Shown here: positions 10,251 to 19,403 of the stretch, one piece after another
Layout of the letters: every line of letters begins with the position of its first letter
Numbering within the stretch: position 1 is the stretch's first letter
Origin: a bacterium
Lineage (GTDB): Bacteria; UBA8248
Assembly (NCBI GenBank): GCA_965204535.1
Contig: CBDBEV010000001.1
Location: 1,248,001-1,312,000 of the forward strand
Length of the DNA stretch: 64,000 bases
Reading direction: 5' to 3'
Made by a program: the position numbers and the translations under genes
The notes under the pieces: generated by a model
Seen by the model: the letters and a program-made list of their open reading frames with translations, nothing else
The model's database searches: none
What the model was told of the DNA's origin: nothing

Positions 10251-10970
10251 CTAGGCGGATAGATGGTGCGCGGAAGAAGTCGCCGTCCCGTTTGCGGCTG
10301 GAGCGTGACCGTTTACAGGCGCGCGCATCATCCGCTTGAGCGCGAGGACGGCGCTCTCGGGGCTGCTGAGCACCCTCGCGTCCACGCGGCGGGAGACCGC
10401 ATCCCGCGCCCGTGCCATCGAAAACTGCGCGAGCAGGACGACGTCGGCTCTTGAGTCGGCGGCAGCTTCCGTAATGAGCGCGTCGTGAGTATCAGGATCG
10501 CCTGCGTGGAGGGCGTCGAGCGCGCCCGGCACGTAGGAGTCTTCGATTGTGAGGTCGACTTTTCTTTGCGCGGCCAGCGCTTCGAGTTCGCGCCTTATCG
10601 AGGGGCCGGACGGCCGGAACGTCGAGAGAACCTGGATGCGGCCTCCAAATGCCAGCGCCTCATCGAGCATCGCCTGGTTGGGTTTCAGGACGGGAACCGG
10701 GAGCCTCGCCTGAACGGCCTCTATCGCCGGGCCGAAGGCCGAGCATGAGAAGAGAATCGCCTGAGCGCCCCCTCTATGCGCGAACGTAGCGAGCCTCTCC
10801 ACGCGCTCGTTGATCTCGGGCGTGAGGTGGCCGAACGCTTCCAGATCGCGTGAGAGGGATTCGTCGATGAGCTGGACGACCTCGGCTTCGGGCCAATGGT
10901 TTTCGGACGCGGCTTCGATAGGCGATACCGCGACGCGCGTCGCATGAACGACGCCGATGATGGTGGACAT
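10251..10970 (-). CDS. Asp/Glu/hydantoin racemase family protein
   Basis: ILFSCSAFG, PVLKPNQAM and VLLAQFSMA motifs. Confidence 0.8.
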   Translation of the reverse strand: MSTIIGVVHATRVAVSPIEAASENHWPEAEVVQLIDESLSRDLEAFGHLTPEINERVERLATFAHRGGAQAILFSCSAFGPAIEAVQARLPVPVLKPNQAMLDEALAFGGRIQVLSTFRPSGPSIRRELEALAAQRKVDLTIEDSYVPGALDALHAGDPDTHDALITEAAADSRADVVLLAQFSMARARDAVSRRVDARVLSSPESAVLALKRMMRAPVNGHAPAANGTATSSAHHLSA

Positions 10971-11056
10971 GGGTTCGGGCGTATCCTTACAAATGATGGC
11001 GTATGAATATGATGACAACGACGCGGGATTCTAGGTGAAACGGGGATTCATGGCAA

Positions 11057-11121
11057 GGGCGGGGCGGACACCTGGTTCCGCCCCTTCGCCAGCGTAGGGG
11101 CCGTTCGCGAACGGCCCCTAC
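11057..11121. repeat. GTAG-type REP pair
   Basis: GGGGCGGACACCTGGTTCCGCCCCT and GTAGGGGCCGTTCGCGAACGGCCCCTAC. Confidence 0.8.
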
Positions 11122-11139
11122 AGGCTTGGGTTCTCACAT

Positions 11140-12909
11140 CTACTTCTCAGGCACCACGGGCAGCATGATGTAGGACGCGTGCTCGGGTCCGCAGTGGAGC
11201 GTCACGTTCTTGCCGAAAATCTCCTCGGGCCTGTCCACCGGGTCGTCGTGCAGGAACGGCCCGCAGCCCCTGAACACGTTCTTCATGTTCGAGAGCTTGT
11301 GCGTGGTGACGCAGCTGTATTCGTAGTCCTTGCCGCGCACGCTGAGCGCCAGCCGGTAGCCGGGGGGCACCACGATGCAGGTGGGCCAGACCTCGATGTC
11401 GAGCTCGTATATCTCGCCCGGCGTGAGGTATTGCTTCTCGTCATGCGCCTGGTAGGGCTTCCACTCGGTCGAGAGCTCGGGCACGAGCTTTCGGTGCGAG
11501 GCGCGGAGCCAGCCCTGCGCGATGGGCGTGTTCGGGTCGAGCGTGCCCTGGAAGGTGATCTCCTTCATGTCGGGCGTGAACAGGCGCAGGACCAGAAACA
11601 AGTCCGCATCCTGGGTTTCGGATGAGACGAAGAGTTTCGAAGCCATGGGACCGGTTATCTCCGTCTCCGCATCGAAGGGCGGCAGCATAAACGTCACGCC
11701 GTCGCTGAAGCCCCCGTAGGTGATGGTCTGATCGGTGTCGAGCGGCGCGGAATCGAGGCACATTTGGGCGGGGTTCAGGTAGAACTTCGTCCACTGCGTG
11801 CGCGCCAGGGGCCACTCGTTCTCGCCGCGCTCGACGAATTTCTCCCCGACGTGGCGCACCTTGAGCATGACGGGCGGCTTCTCCATCCAGCCGGTTTCCT
11901 CGCCCTTGAGATAATGGCCGAAAAACTGCTTCTGGAGCTTCTCCCCGTAGGGGGTATAGAACTCCGTCCAGTGCTCGAAGCCGTGGACTTCCAGCCATTT
12001 CTCGGTGGACGCCGCCCGCATGAAGCCCTCGTAGTTCCCCCTCGGGTGGAGGCCCTGTCCGCCCCAGCTCGCCGCCGAGATGAAGGGCGTCTTTATCTTC
12101 TCCCAGTGGGCGGAGCGGTCCTGATACCACTCGCCGTCGAGCGGACGCTCCAGGATGTCGCCCCCGTAGTCGGAGCGGTTTTTCTCCATTTCCTCCTCGC
12201 TCAGTGTGTCGGGGCCGCAGACCAGACCGCCGTGGACGCGGCTCTTGGGGCCGTTCTCGCCCAGGCCGTGCTGCACGGACTTCACCTGCATGTCGTACCA
12301 GTTCGCGAGGAACGTGGTGAGGATGCCGCCTTGGTGGCTCATGTCGCGGTAGAAGTCCGCCGCGCCCTCCCAGACGCACATGGCTTCCAGATACTTGGGC
12401 TGCAGGCCCGCCACGTGCCACTGGTTGATGGCGTAATACGAGATTCCCGTGAGGCCCACCTTGCCGTTGCACCAGGGCTGCTCGCCCGCCCATTCGATGC
12501 AGATGGCGAAGTCCTTGGTCTCGCGCGGGGAGAAGTGGTCGATGTAGCCCGGCGAGCGGCCCGCACCGCGCGAGTCCACGCGCACGCAGATGTAGCCGTC
12601 CGGCACCCATTTCTCGGGGTCCACGACCTCCCAGCTTTGGTGGATGTTCGAGGAACCCGCGATGGCGTCGGGGTGGCCTGTGGCGAAAAGCTCCCAGGCC
12701 GTCTCGTAGCCGTCCTGCCATGCGAGGTCTTTCGCGTAGGGGCCGTAGCTCAGGATGACGGGGTATTCGCCGTCGTCATCGGGCCGGTAGACGTTCGCCC
12801 GCAGCACCAGGCCGTCTTCCATCCGGATGGGGACGTCCCATTCGATGAGAAAGCCGTGCATTTTTTCGGTTCGGTATTGCGGGTCTGTGTTCAGGTCGAT
12901 GTCGCTCAT
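11140..12909 (-). CDS. CocE/NonD family serine hydrolase (paralog 2)
   Basis: Start MSDIDLN; VRVDSRGAGRSPG, nucleophile GISY, GWLRASHR C-terminal domain. Confidence 0.92.
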   Translation of the reverse strand: MSDIDLNTDPQYRTEKMHGFLIEWDVPIRMEDGLVLRANVYRPDDDGEYPVILSYGPYAKDLAWQDGYETAWELFATGHPDAIAGSSNIHQSWEVVDPEKWVPDGYICVRVDSRGAGRSPGYIDHFSPRETKDFAICIEWAGEQPWCNGKVGLTGISYYAINQWHVAGLQPKYLEAMCVWEGAADFYRDMSHQGGILTTFLANWYDMQVKSVQHGLGENGPKSRVHGGLVCGPDTLSEEEMEKNRSDYGGDILERPLDGEWYQDRSAHWEKIKTPFISAASWGGQGLHPRGNYEGFMRAASTEKWLEVHGFEHWTEFYTPYGEKLQKQFFGHYLKGEETGWMEKPPVMLKVRHVGEKFVERGENEWPLARTQWTKFYLNPAQMCLDSAPLDTDQTITYGGFSDGVTFMLPPFDAETEITGPMASKLFVSSETQDADLFLVLRLFTPDMKEITFQGTLDPNTPIAQGWLRASHRKLVPELSTEWKPYQAHDEKQYLTPGEIYELDIEVWPTCIVVPPGYRLALSVRGKDYEYSCVTTHKLSNMKNVFRGCGPFLHDDPVDRPEEIFGKNVTLHCGPEHASYIMLPVVPEK

Positions 12910-12950
12910 GTTCACCTCATCTCGTCTGTGGGAAGTTTCATCTTCCGCGC

Positions 12951-14705
12951 CTATTTCTCGGGAATCACCGGCAGCATCACGTAGGCCTCGTGCTCCCCGC
13001 CGCAGTGGAGCGTCACGTTCTTGCCGAACACGTCGGGCGGCCTGTCCTTCGGGTCGTTGTGGATGAAGCACCCGCAGCCGGTGAACTCGTTCTTCATGTT
13101 GGAGAGTCCGCCGCCCGAGCCGCCGGGATACACGTAGTCCTTTCCGCGCACCGTGAAGGCGACCCGGTAGCCCTCGGGGATCACGATGCAGGTCGGCCAT
13201 ACCTCGATGTCGAGTTCATACACCTCGCCCGGCGTCAGGGGCTGCTCTTCATCGTGCGTGTGATACGGCCTGTAGGGCAGGGTCTTCTCGGGGTCCAGTT
13301 TTCGGTGCGAGGCTCTCAGCCAGCCCTGCGCGATCGGTGTGTGCGGGTCGAGCGCGCCCTGGAAGACGACTTCTTCCATGTCGGGCGTGAAGACGCGCAC
13401 GACCAGAAATAAGTCCGCATCCTTCGTCTCCGACGACACGAATAGCTTGGCCGCGATGGGGCCGGTGACTTCTGTTTCTTCAGATATGGGCGGCGTGATA
13501 AAGGTGACGCCCTCGCTGAAACCCGCGTAGGTCGCCGTCGCCGCCTCGGCGACGGGCGCGTCTTCAAGCGTATGGGTTTGCGCGTTCAGGTAGTATTTCG
13601 TCCACTGCGTGCGCGCCAGCGGCCATTCGTTCTCATGACGCTCGACGAAGCGCTCGCCGGGGTGGCGCACCTGGAGCAGCACGCGGGGCTGATCCGGCCA
13701 GCCGGTGTCCTCGCCTTTCAGGTAATGGCCGAAGAATTTCTTCTGCATGTTGACGCCGTAGTCGGTATAGAACTCCGTCCAGTGCTCGATGCCGTGGACC
13801 TCGAGCCATTTCTCCTCGCATCCGGCTTCCAGGAAGCCCTCGAAGTTCCCGCGCGGGTGGAGCCCCTGTCCGCCCCAGTTGGCGGAAGAAAGAAGAGGCG
13901 CCTGGATTTTACTGAAATCGGGCATACGCGACTGCCAGTATTCGTCGGTATCGAGCTTGTGGGAGAAGCAGTCCTCGCCGAAATCGTTTCGGTTCGCGCC
14001 GAGTTCTTCCTCGGTCAAGGTGATGGGGCCGGAGACCCAGTCGCCCGTAAAGCGGCTCTTGAAGCCGCGTGTGCCGAGGCCGTGCTGGACGGTGTAGACC
14101 TGCATCTCGGACCAGTTGCGCGCGAAGCCGTTGCAGAAGATGCCGCCGTGGTGGGCCATTTCCCGGTAGAAATCGGCCGCTCCCTCCCAGACGCACATGG
14201 CGGAGAGGTGAGGCGGCTGCATTCCGCCCACCTGCCACTGGTTCATGCCGTAGTAGGAGATGCCGTTCAGGCCGATCTTGCCGGAACTCCAGGACTGCAC
14301 GGCCGCCCACTCGATGCACTCGTACAAATCCTGCGCCTCGCGCGCCGACCAGATGTCGATGACGCCCGGCGAGCGGCCCGCTCCGCGCGAATCCACGCGA
14401 ATGCAGACGTAGCCGTCCGGCACCCATTTCTCGGGGTCCACGACCTCCCAGTTCTGGTATTTGTTGGTGGAGCCTGCCGGCACGTCCGGGTGTTGCTCGA
14501 CCATGCGTGTCCAGCAGGTCTCGTACAGGTCCTCGAAGTGCAGGTATTTACCATACGGCCCATACGTCAGGATGACGGGGTATTTTCCCGCATCGTCCTG
14601 GGGGCGGTAGACGTCGCAGCGCAGAACGACCCCGTCCTCCATGGGGATGGGCACGTCCCAGTCGATGCGCATTCCGTCTCTGTCTTCGGTCTTGTAATCG
14701 CTCAT
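12951..14705 (-). CDS. CocE/NonD family serine hydrolase (paralog 1)
   Basis: IPMEDGVVLRCDVYRP, GISYYG, GWLRASHR. Confidence 0.92.
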   Translation of the reverse strand: MSDYKTEDRDGMRIDWDVPIPMEDGVVLRCDVYRPQDDAGKYPVILTYGPYGKYLHFEDLYETCWTRMVEQHPDVPAGSTNKYQNWEVVDPEKWVPDGYVCIRVDSRGAGRSPGVIDIWSAREAQDLYECIEWAAVQSWSSGKIGLNGISYYGMNQWQVGGMQPPHLSAMCVWEGAADFYREMAHHGGIFCNGFARNWSEMQVYTVQHGLGTRGFKSRFTGDWVSGPITLTEEELGANRNDFGEDCFSHKLDTDEYWQSRMPDFSKIQAPLLSSANWGGQGLHPRGNFEGFLEAGCEEKWLEVHGIEHWTEFYTDYGVNMQKKFFGHYLKGEDTGWPDQPRVLLQVRHPGERFVERHENEWPLARTQWTKYYLNAQTHTLEDAPVAEAATATYAGFSEGVTFITPPISEETEVTGPIAAKLFVSSETKDADLFLVVRVFTPDMEEVVFQGALDPHTPIAQGWLRASHRKLDPEKTLPYRPYHTHDEEQPLTPGEVYELDIEVWPTCIVIPEGYRVAFTVRGKDYVYPGGSGGGLSNMKNEFTGCGCFIHNDPKDRPPDVFGKNVTLHCGGEHEAYVMLPVIPEK

Positions 14706-14965
14706 TCGGCCTTTCTCCTCGGCTCATCGAAGATGTTTGAGTGCAGGCGGCGCAGGGAGCCGCCGTGGAAATTTTGGTTGTCGTATCGGTGAACGCGGCG
14801 ATTATAGCGGCCTTGCGCCTCGTGATCCAGATGCGGGAGCCATTCGGGATGGGTATTTGGGCGGGGGTAAACCCGCCTGTTCGGTTTGAATACCTGCCTT
14901 GTGTGAGTATTTGTCATTCCCCTGTTGAGTGGCGTGCTGACCGGGAAGGAGCAGGCATTTGGAAT

Positions 14966-15258
14966 CACTCCCCCTTTGAGGGGTCTGTTGAAAAACCCCT
15001 CGTCGGGGGTTATTGCCTTTAGCGGGAAGGCCGCTTTCGCGCGAACCCTGACCTCCCTCTTTGAAAGCAACCCCCCCTACCCCCCCTTGTCAGGGGGGTA
15101 TAAAAAGGCGATGCGCCCTCGCCGGGCTGAGGGGTTTTGCTTTTTCTTGCCCCCCTGACAAGGGGGGTAGGGGGGTTGTCTTTATGGGGTTTCCCTTTCA
15201 AGGGGGTTGCCATTGTCCTCTTAAGGGCTTTTTCAACAGCCCCCTCAAGGGGAGAGTG
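14966..15258. mobile_element. MITE-like element with long terminal inverted repeats
   Basis: CACTCCCCCTTTGAGGGGTCTGTTGAAAAA ... TTTTTCAACAGCCCCCTCAAGGGGAGAGTG; the core is nearly identical to 62861-63036. Confidence 0.8.
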
Positions 15259-15329
15259 GAACTGAATACTCGTTTTTGAGGTCGCGGGGAGGACCGGCAG
15301 TCGTGCGAAAGCGCCATCTCTTCGTTCCG

Positions 15330-16649
15330 TTATCCGGCGAAGTGATCCACCGCGGCGAAACCGATACCCATCAGCGCCGCAACGCCCAGGGTTCTCATGA
15401 GAGACTGGTGCCGCCACAGGAGCATGATCGCGCTCACGATGCCGATGAGCAGAACCCGCCAGTCTAGGGTGTGCCACACCGGCGCAAGGAGTTTGACCGG
15501 GCCGATTTGCACGGACGGCAGTTCGGCGAACAGGACATGCAAGCCGAACCAGATGGAGAGGTTCAAGATGACGCCCACCACCGCCGCCGTGATCGCCTCG
15601 AGGGCGCCCTTCAGCCTCGGCTGGGCCGTGAGCTGCTCGATATAGGGCGCGCCGGCGAATATCCACAGGAAACAGGGCGCGAACGTGACCCAGAGCGTGA
15701 CCAGCGCACCGGCGATTCCCATGCTCACCCCGCCCGCACGGTATCCTGCGACGTAGCCGACGAATTCCGTGACCAGGATGAGCGGTCCCGGGGTGGTTTC
15801 CGCCAGCCCCAGGCCGTCCATCATCTCACCGGCGCTCAACCAGCCCTTGTGGGTCACCACGTCCTGCGCCAGGTAGGCGAGCACCGCGTAGGCGCCGCCG
15901 AACGTGACCACCGCGAGGCGGGAGAAGAAATTGCCGATCTGCACCAGAATATCGTAGCCGCCCAGGGCCATCATCATCAGCACCGGCGTCCACCAGATGA
16001 CCATCCATACCGCCACCGTCCTCACCGTGCCGGAGATCGACCCGCCTCCCCGTCCTGTCCCGGTCTTTTCGGTGCTCTGGCCGCCCAACAGGAAAAATCC
16101 GGCCAGGGCGGTTACCAGGATAATGACGGGGAACGGGGCCGAGAGAAAGAAGATGGCCACGAAGGCCAGGCCGGCGATGACCCAGTGCACGACGGAATGC
16201 AGCGCTCTTTTCGCCACCCGCAGCAAAGCCTCTATCACGATGATGAGAACCGCGCCCTTGATCCCCAGGAACAGCGCGGCCATGACCGGCAGGTGGCCCA
16301 CGGCCATGTAGAGCATCGCCAGCCCGAGCACCACCAATGCGCCCGGGACCACGAACAAGAGCCCCGCCAGCAGCCCGCCGCGCACGCCGCGAAGCTGCCA
16401 CCCCGCGTAGGTGGCGAGTTGCATGGCCTCGGGGCCGGGCAGCAGCATGCAGAAGCTGAGCGCGCCCAGGAACCTCGGCTCGTCGAGCCACTGCTCCTCT
16501 TCCACCAGGATTCGGTGCATGACCGCTATCTGCGCCGCCGGGCCGCCGAATGAGAGGATGCCGATGCGCCAGAATACGGAGAGCATCCGGCGCCAGGAGA
16601 TGTCGGATTCCCGATGCGCGTCACCGCCGCCGGATTCTGCGACTTCCAT
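15330..16649 (-). CDS. chrA: Chromate efflux transporter (long-chain CHR)
   Basis: SFGGPAAQIAVMH, LPGPEAMQLA, TFGGAYAVL, AETTPGPLI. Confidence 0.93.
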   Translation of the reverse strand: MEVAESGGGDAHRESDISWRRMLSVFWRIGILSFGGPAAQIAVMHRILVEEEQWLDEPRFLGALSFCMLLPGPEAMQLATYAGWQLRGVRGGLLAGLLFVVPGALVVLGLAMLYMAVGHLPVMAALFLGIKGAVLIIVIEALLRVAKRALHSVVHWVIAGLAFVAIFFLSAPFPVIILVTALAGFFLLGGQSTEKTGTGRGGGSISGTVRTVAVWMVIWWTPVLMMMALGGYDILVQIGNFFSRLAVVTFGGAYAVLAYLAQDVVTHKGWLSAGEMMDGLGLAETTPGPLILVTEFVGYVAGYRAGGVSMGIAGALVTLWVTFAPCFLWIFAGAPYIEQLTAQPRLKGALEAITAAVVGVILNLSIWFGLHVLFAELPSVQIGPVKLLAPVWHTLDWRVLLIGIVSAIMLLWRHQSLMRTLGVAALMGIGFAAVDHFAG

Positions 16650-16725
16650 CATGGTCCTCCGTTATCCGTCGGAATCGAGGCCGCAATGATGGTGTTCGTT
16701 CTTATCCGAAAAGAAAGAATGCCCC

Positions 16726-17757
16726 TCAATCCGTGCGGTAGGCTTGCGTGATGGCCTGGCTCGAGGTGTTCCAGCCGGGTATGACGAGGCAAGACGGGCC
16801 GGGGATGCCGCCCGCGACGATGAGCAGGATGTCTTCGGGTTCGTGCACCATGGGGGCGAGGGAAGCGTCGTCGTCGTGGTCCACCCACTCCGGCCAGCGC
16901 GAGAGTTCGCGCCCCCGGTAGCGCCCGCCTTTTTTGAGGATGCCCACGGGCATTCTCGCCCGCTCGAAGAGTTCTCGCTTCACGTCCGCGCGGCTCAGGC
17001 CCCCCCTCGCCAGGATGTCGGCGTGATCGGGGGCGACGACGATCACCCAGTTCGTCTGCGTGTAGGCCGTCGTGGCACCCATGGCGCACATGGTGTGCGA
17101 GAGCGTGGTGAGTACGCCCTCGGGCTCGGCGCTCACGTCGTCCATCGCCATGCGGGGCGCCTCGGCGTTGCAGACGGTGAGGACGTTTTCATCCTCCCCG
17201 AAACCGAAATCGCCCGGCATCGCCGCCCAGGGGCTTTGCTCCTCGTTCTCGCGGACGCAGTAGGTGAATTTGGAGGGGCTGCCGAACGTGCTCATGTCCG
17301 AGACGCCCGGAATGCCGCCCCCCAGATTCATCATGATGAGTCTTATCGCCCGGCCGATGGCGGCGTTCGCGCGAAAGCCGGGGCCGAAGCACCCCGAACC
17401 GCCGTGGACGCCGATCTCCTTGGCATAGGGGCCGTTCAGTATCAGCAGGGGGCCGCCGGTGAACATCGTGGCCTGAATGCCCACGAGGTTGAAGCGTTCG
17501 ACCAGCATGGCCTCGATAGCTCCCAGCACCACGGGCAGGTATTCGGGTTTGCACCCCGCCATCAGCGCGTGAAGGGCGACGCTCTCCACCGTCGCCGTGT
17601 TCAGCGAGGGGGGGATGTCGCCCAGAACTTCGCCCGCGTCTCGGCTCGTGCCGCCCAGCATCCAGGCGAGTCGCTCGGGCGTCGGCGTCACCACGGGCAG
17701 CCCGTCCGACCAGGGCATCTCGAAGAAATACTCGAAAGGGTCTTGCGTTTCGTTCAT
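16726..17757 (-). CDS. Conserved protein of the DGLPVxxPT / MAGCxP family (UGSC-associated, thiol-redox-linked)
   Basis: WSDGLPVVTPT, ALMAGCKPEYLPVV, GPGFRANAAIGRA, ENEEQSPW, IVAGG motifs. Confidence 0.75.
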   Translation of the reverse strand: MNETQDPFEYFFEMPWSDGLPVVTPTPERLAWMLGGTSRDAGEVLGDIPPSLNTATVESVALHALMAGCKPEYLPVVLGAIEAMLVERFNLVGIQATMFTGGPLLILNGPYAKEIGVHGGSGCFGPGFRANAAIGRAIRLIMMNLGGGIPGVSDMSTFGSPSKFTYCVRENEEQSPWAAMPGDFGFGEDENVLTVCNAEAPRMAMDDVSAEPEGVLTTLSHTMCAMGATTAYTQTNWVIVVAPDHADILARGGLSRADVKRELFERARMPVGILKKGGRYRGRELSRWPEWVDHDDDASLAPMVHEPEDILLIVAGGIPGPSCLVIPGWNTSSQAITQAYRTD

Positions 17758-17766
17758 CGTGTGTCC

Positions 17767-18660
17767 TTACAGGGTGAGGTTGTAGAACTTCCTCGCATTC
17801 TCGAACGACACCTTGCGGATCGCCTCATCAGACAGCCCTGCGTTTCGCATGGCGCGCAGCGTCTTGGGAACCGAGAGGATGTCGATGGGCCGGTAGCCGA
17901 GGTGGTCGGAGTTGAGCATGATCCGGTCGGGTCCGAACGTCTCCACCCACTCGATGACCTGCGCGGGTTCGAGGGGCCTGAGCGCGCTGCCGATGCTGAT
18001 GGCGCACATGGCGCGCGTATCGCGGTGGATATGTTCGACCGTCGTGGCGTCGGTGTGATCGACGGCGACCCGGGCTTCATCGAAACCGGTCTTGCGGATG
18101 ATTTCCAGGTCCTTCTGCATGTAGTGGAGCCGGAGTTGCTCGGGCGGCACGTCGGCCTGCACGGCGACGTTGCCGAGGAAATCCTTGCTCTTCTTGGGTG
18201 TGGGCGTATGCAGGATGATGGGCTTGTCGTATTTTTTCGCAAGCTCCGCCTGGGCTTCGAGACACGCGGTCTGCTCTTCCATCGGCCAGGTGAGGGAGAA
18301 ATACTGCGTGGGGTCGAGGCCGATCTCGCCCAGGGCAACGACGTTTTCGTCTTCGAGAAAACCGGGGATCTCCTCCAGCAGGTTTTCCCAGTCGTTCACC
18401 CGCGTCATCGAGCTGATGCCGACCGCGCAGCGGATTTTGATGAAGTGCTGCGCCTCGATCGCCTGGGCCATCACGACCGGCCCCTCCCAGAAGCGCATGA
18501 TGTCGTCGTAGCCCGGCGCCTCGTCCCACACCTCTCGGTAGAGGTGGGGGTTGCCGCAGGAGAGCACCGCCGCGCGCATTCCCGTCGCGCCGAGCAGTTC
18601 CCACTCGTCCCAGTTCAGGGCGTGCATGTGGTTGTGGCTGTCGATGTATTCGCCGAACAT
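17767..18660 (-). CDS. TatD-like TIM-barrel metal-dependent hydrolase (COG1099-type)
   Basis: IDSHNH, ALGEIGLD, ILHTP, VDH, LNSD and SVPKT motifs. Confidence 0.85.
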   Translation of the reverse strand: MFGEYIDSHNHMHALNWDEWELLGATGMRAAVLSCGNPHLYREVWDEAPGYDDIMRFWEGPVVMAQAIEAQHFIKIRCAVGISSMTRVNDWENLLEEIPGFLEDENVVALGEIGLDPTQYFSLTWPMEEQTACLEAQAELAKKYDKPIILHTPTPKKSKDFLGNVAVQADVPPEQLRLHYMQKDLEIIRKTGFDEARVAVDHTDATTVEHIHRDTRAMCAISIGSALRPLEPAQVIEWVETFGPDRIMLNSDHLGYRPIDILSVPKTLRAMRNAGLSDEAIRKVSFENARKFYNLTL

Positions 18661-18803
18661 CGGAACCTCTCCGCTCGTTGGATGCGTTGAGGGCAACCTA
18701 TCCGCATGGGCGCCGGTGGTCAAGGGGGTAGAGTGGGTGGGGTGAGGCCCAAGAGATGCTTGAATTTTACCCTGTACCTGCCTTGTAATGTCTTGGTTTT
18801 GGA

Positions 18804-19000
18804 TTAGAACTTCTTGTTTATACCTGCATCCTTAAGAGAATAGCGTTTGCGGTATGTCTGGATTTAATTTTTGAGTCCACGGATATATTTTTTCTCGTGA
18901 TGGGGCTATACCAAGTTTCATGATCCCCTTTGCCTTGACGCTTGAATGAACATCCTTCATCGACGAGGAGTTTCTTTATTTCCTTATAATAGTTGTTCAT
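18804..19000 (-). pseudogene. hicA: HicA family toxin with a C-terminal frameshift
   Basis: RQGKGDHETWYSP...KSRHTANAIL. An extra CT shifts the expected tail KDAGINKKF* (stop at 18804) out of frame; the current ORF stops at 18818. Confidence 0.75.
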
Positions 19001-19233
19001 GTAACAGAATATTCACTAGAAGTCTCAAAAGGAATCTTGAAGACGACCTCAATCTCTTTCGGGTTTTTATCTTTTACCAAGTCCGCATTCAATTCAAGAA
19101 GGTCGGGGACGATTTGCAGAAGCTTTTCACAAAGTTCGTTCGGCGTGCCGGCCTCCGTAACGAGACCCGGTATATCTTCGCTGGTCGCTACCCATACCTC
19201 TGCGTCGATATCCCTTTGGACGAAGATATTCAT
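18997..19233 (-). CDS. DUF1902/HicB-like antitoxin
   Basis: DAEVWVATSEDIPGLVTEA...IVPDLLELN; 4-bp overlap with hicA. Confidence 0.85.
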   Translation of the reverse strand: MNIFVQRDIDAEVWVATSEDIPGLVTEAGTPNELCEKLLQIVPDLLELNADLVKDKNPKEIEVVFKIPFETSSEYSVT

Positions 19234-19403
19234 TTGTCATTTCCTTAATCTGGAAGTGATGCCGCAACATACCTCCAATCGGTGCACACTACCCAAGTCC
19301 CTTAAACTGATTTTCGCCACGGGAACCAGGAAAAGTCAAACCAGCGCATTTTGGAGAACACCGCCAGAAAAGATTTGTTCGCATCCCGTCCATCGCTCAT
19401 GAT

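Noticed and set aside
11140-13200. N-terminal extension of the CocE ORF suggesting a fusion or frameshift with the upstream paralog
   Set aside because: The upstream paralog has its own stop at 12951 and the downstream gene has an RBS (GAGGT) and ATG at 12909.
15319-16710. Short similar sequences (TTCGTTC..TTATCCG) on both sides of chrA as an insertion duplication
   Set aside because: The match is too short and gapped to distinguish from chance.
16650-17770. Selenocysteine read-through near the UGSC-associated gene
   Set aside because: No in-frame TGA with continuing homology or UGSC motif was found nearby; msrA also uses Cys.
16744-18690. 648-aa plus-strand ORF
   Set aside because: Antisense shadow of two well-supported minus-strand genes; no recognisable motifs.
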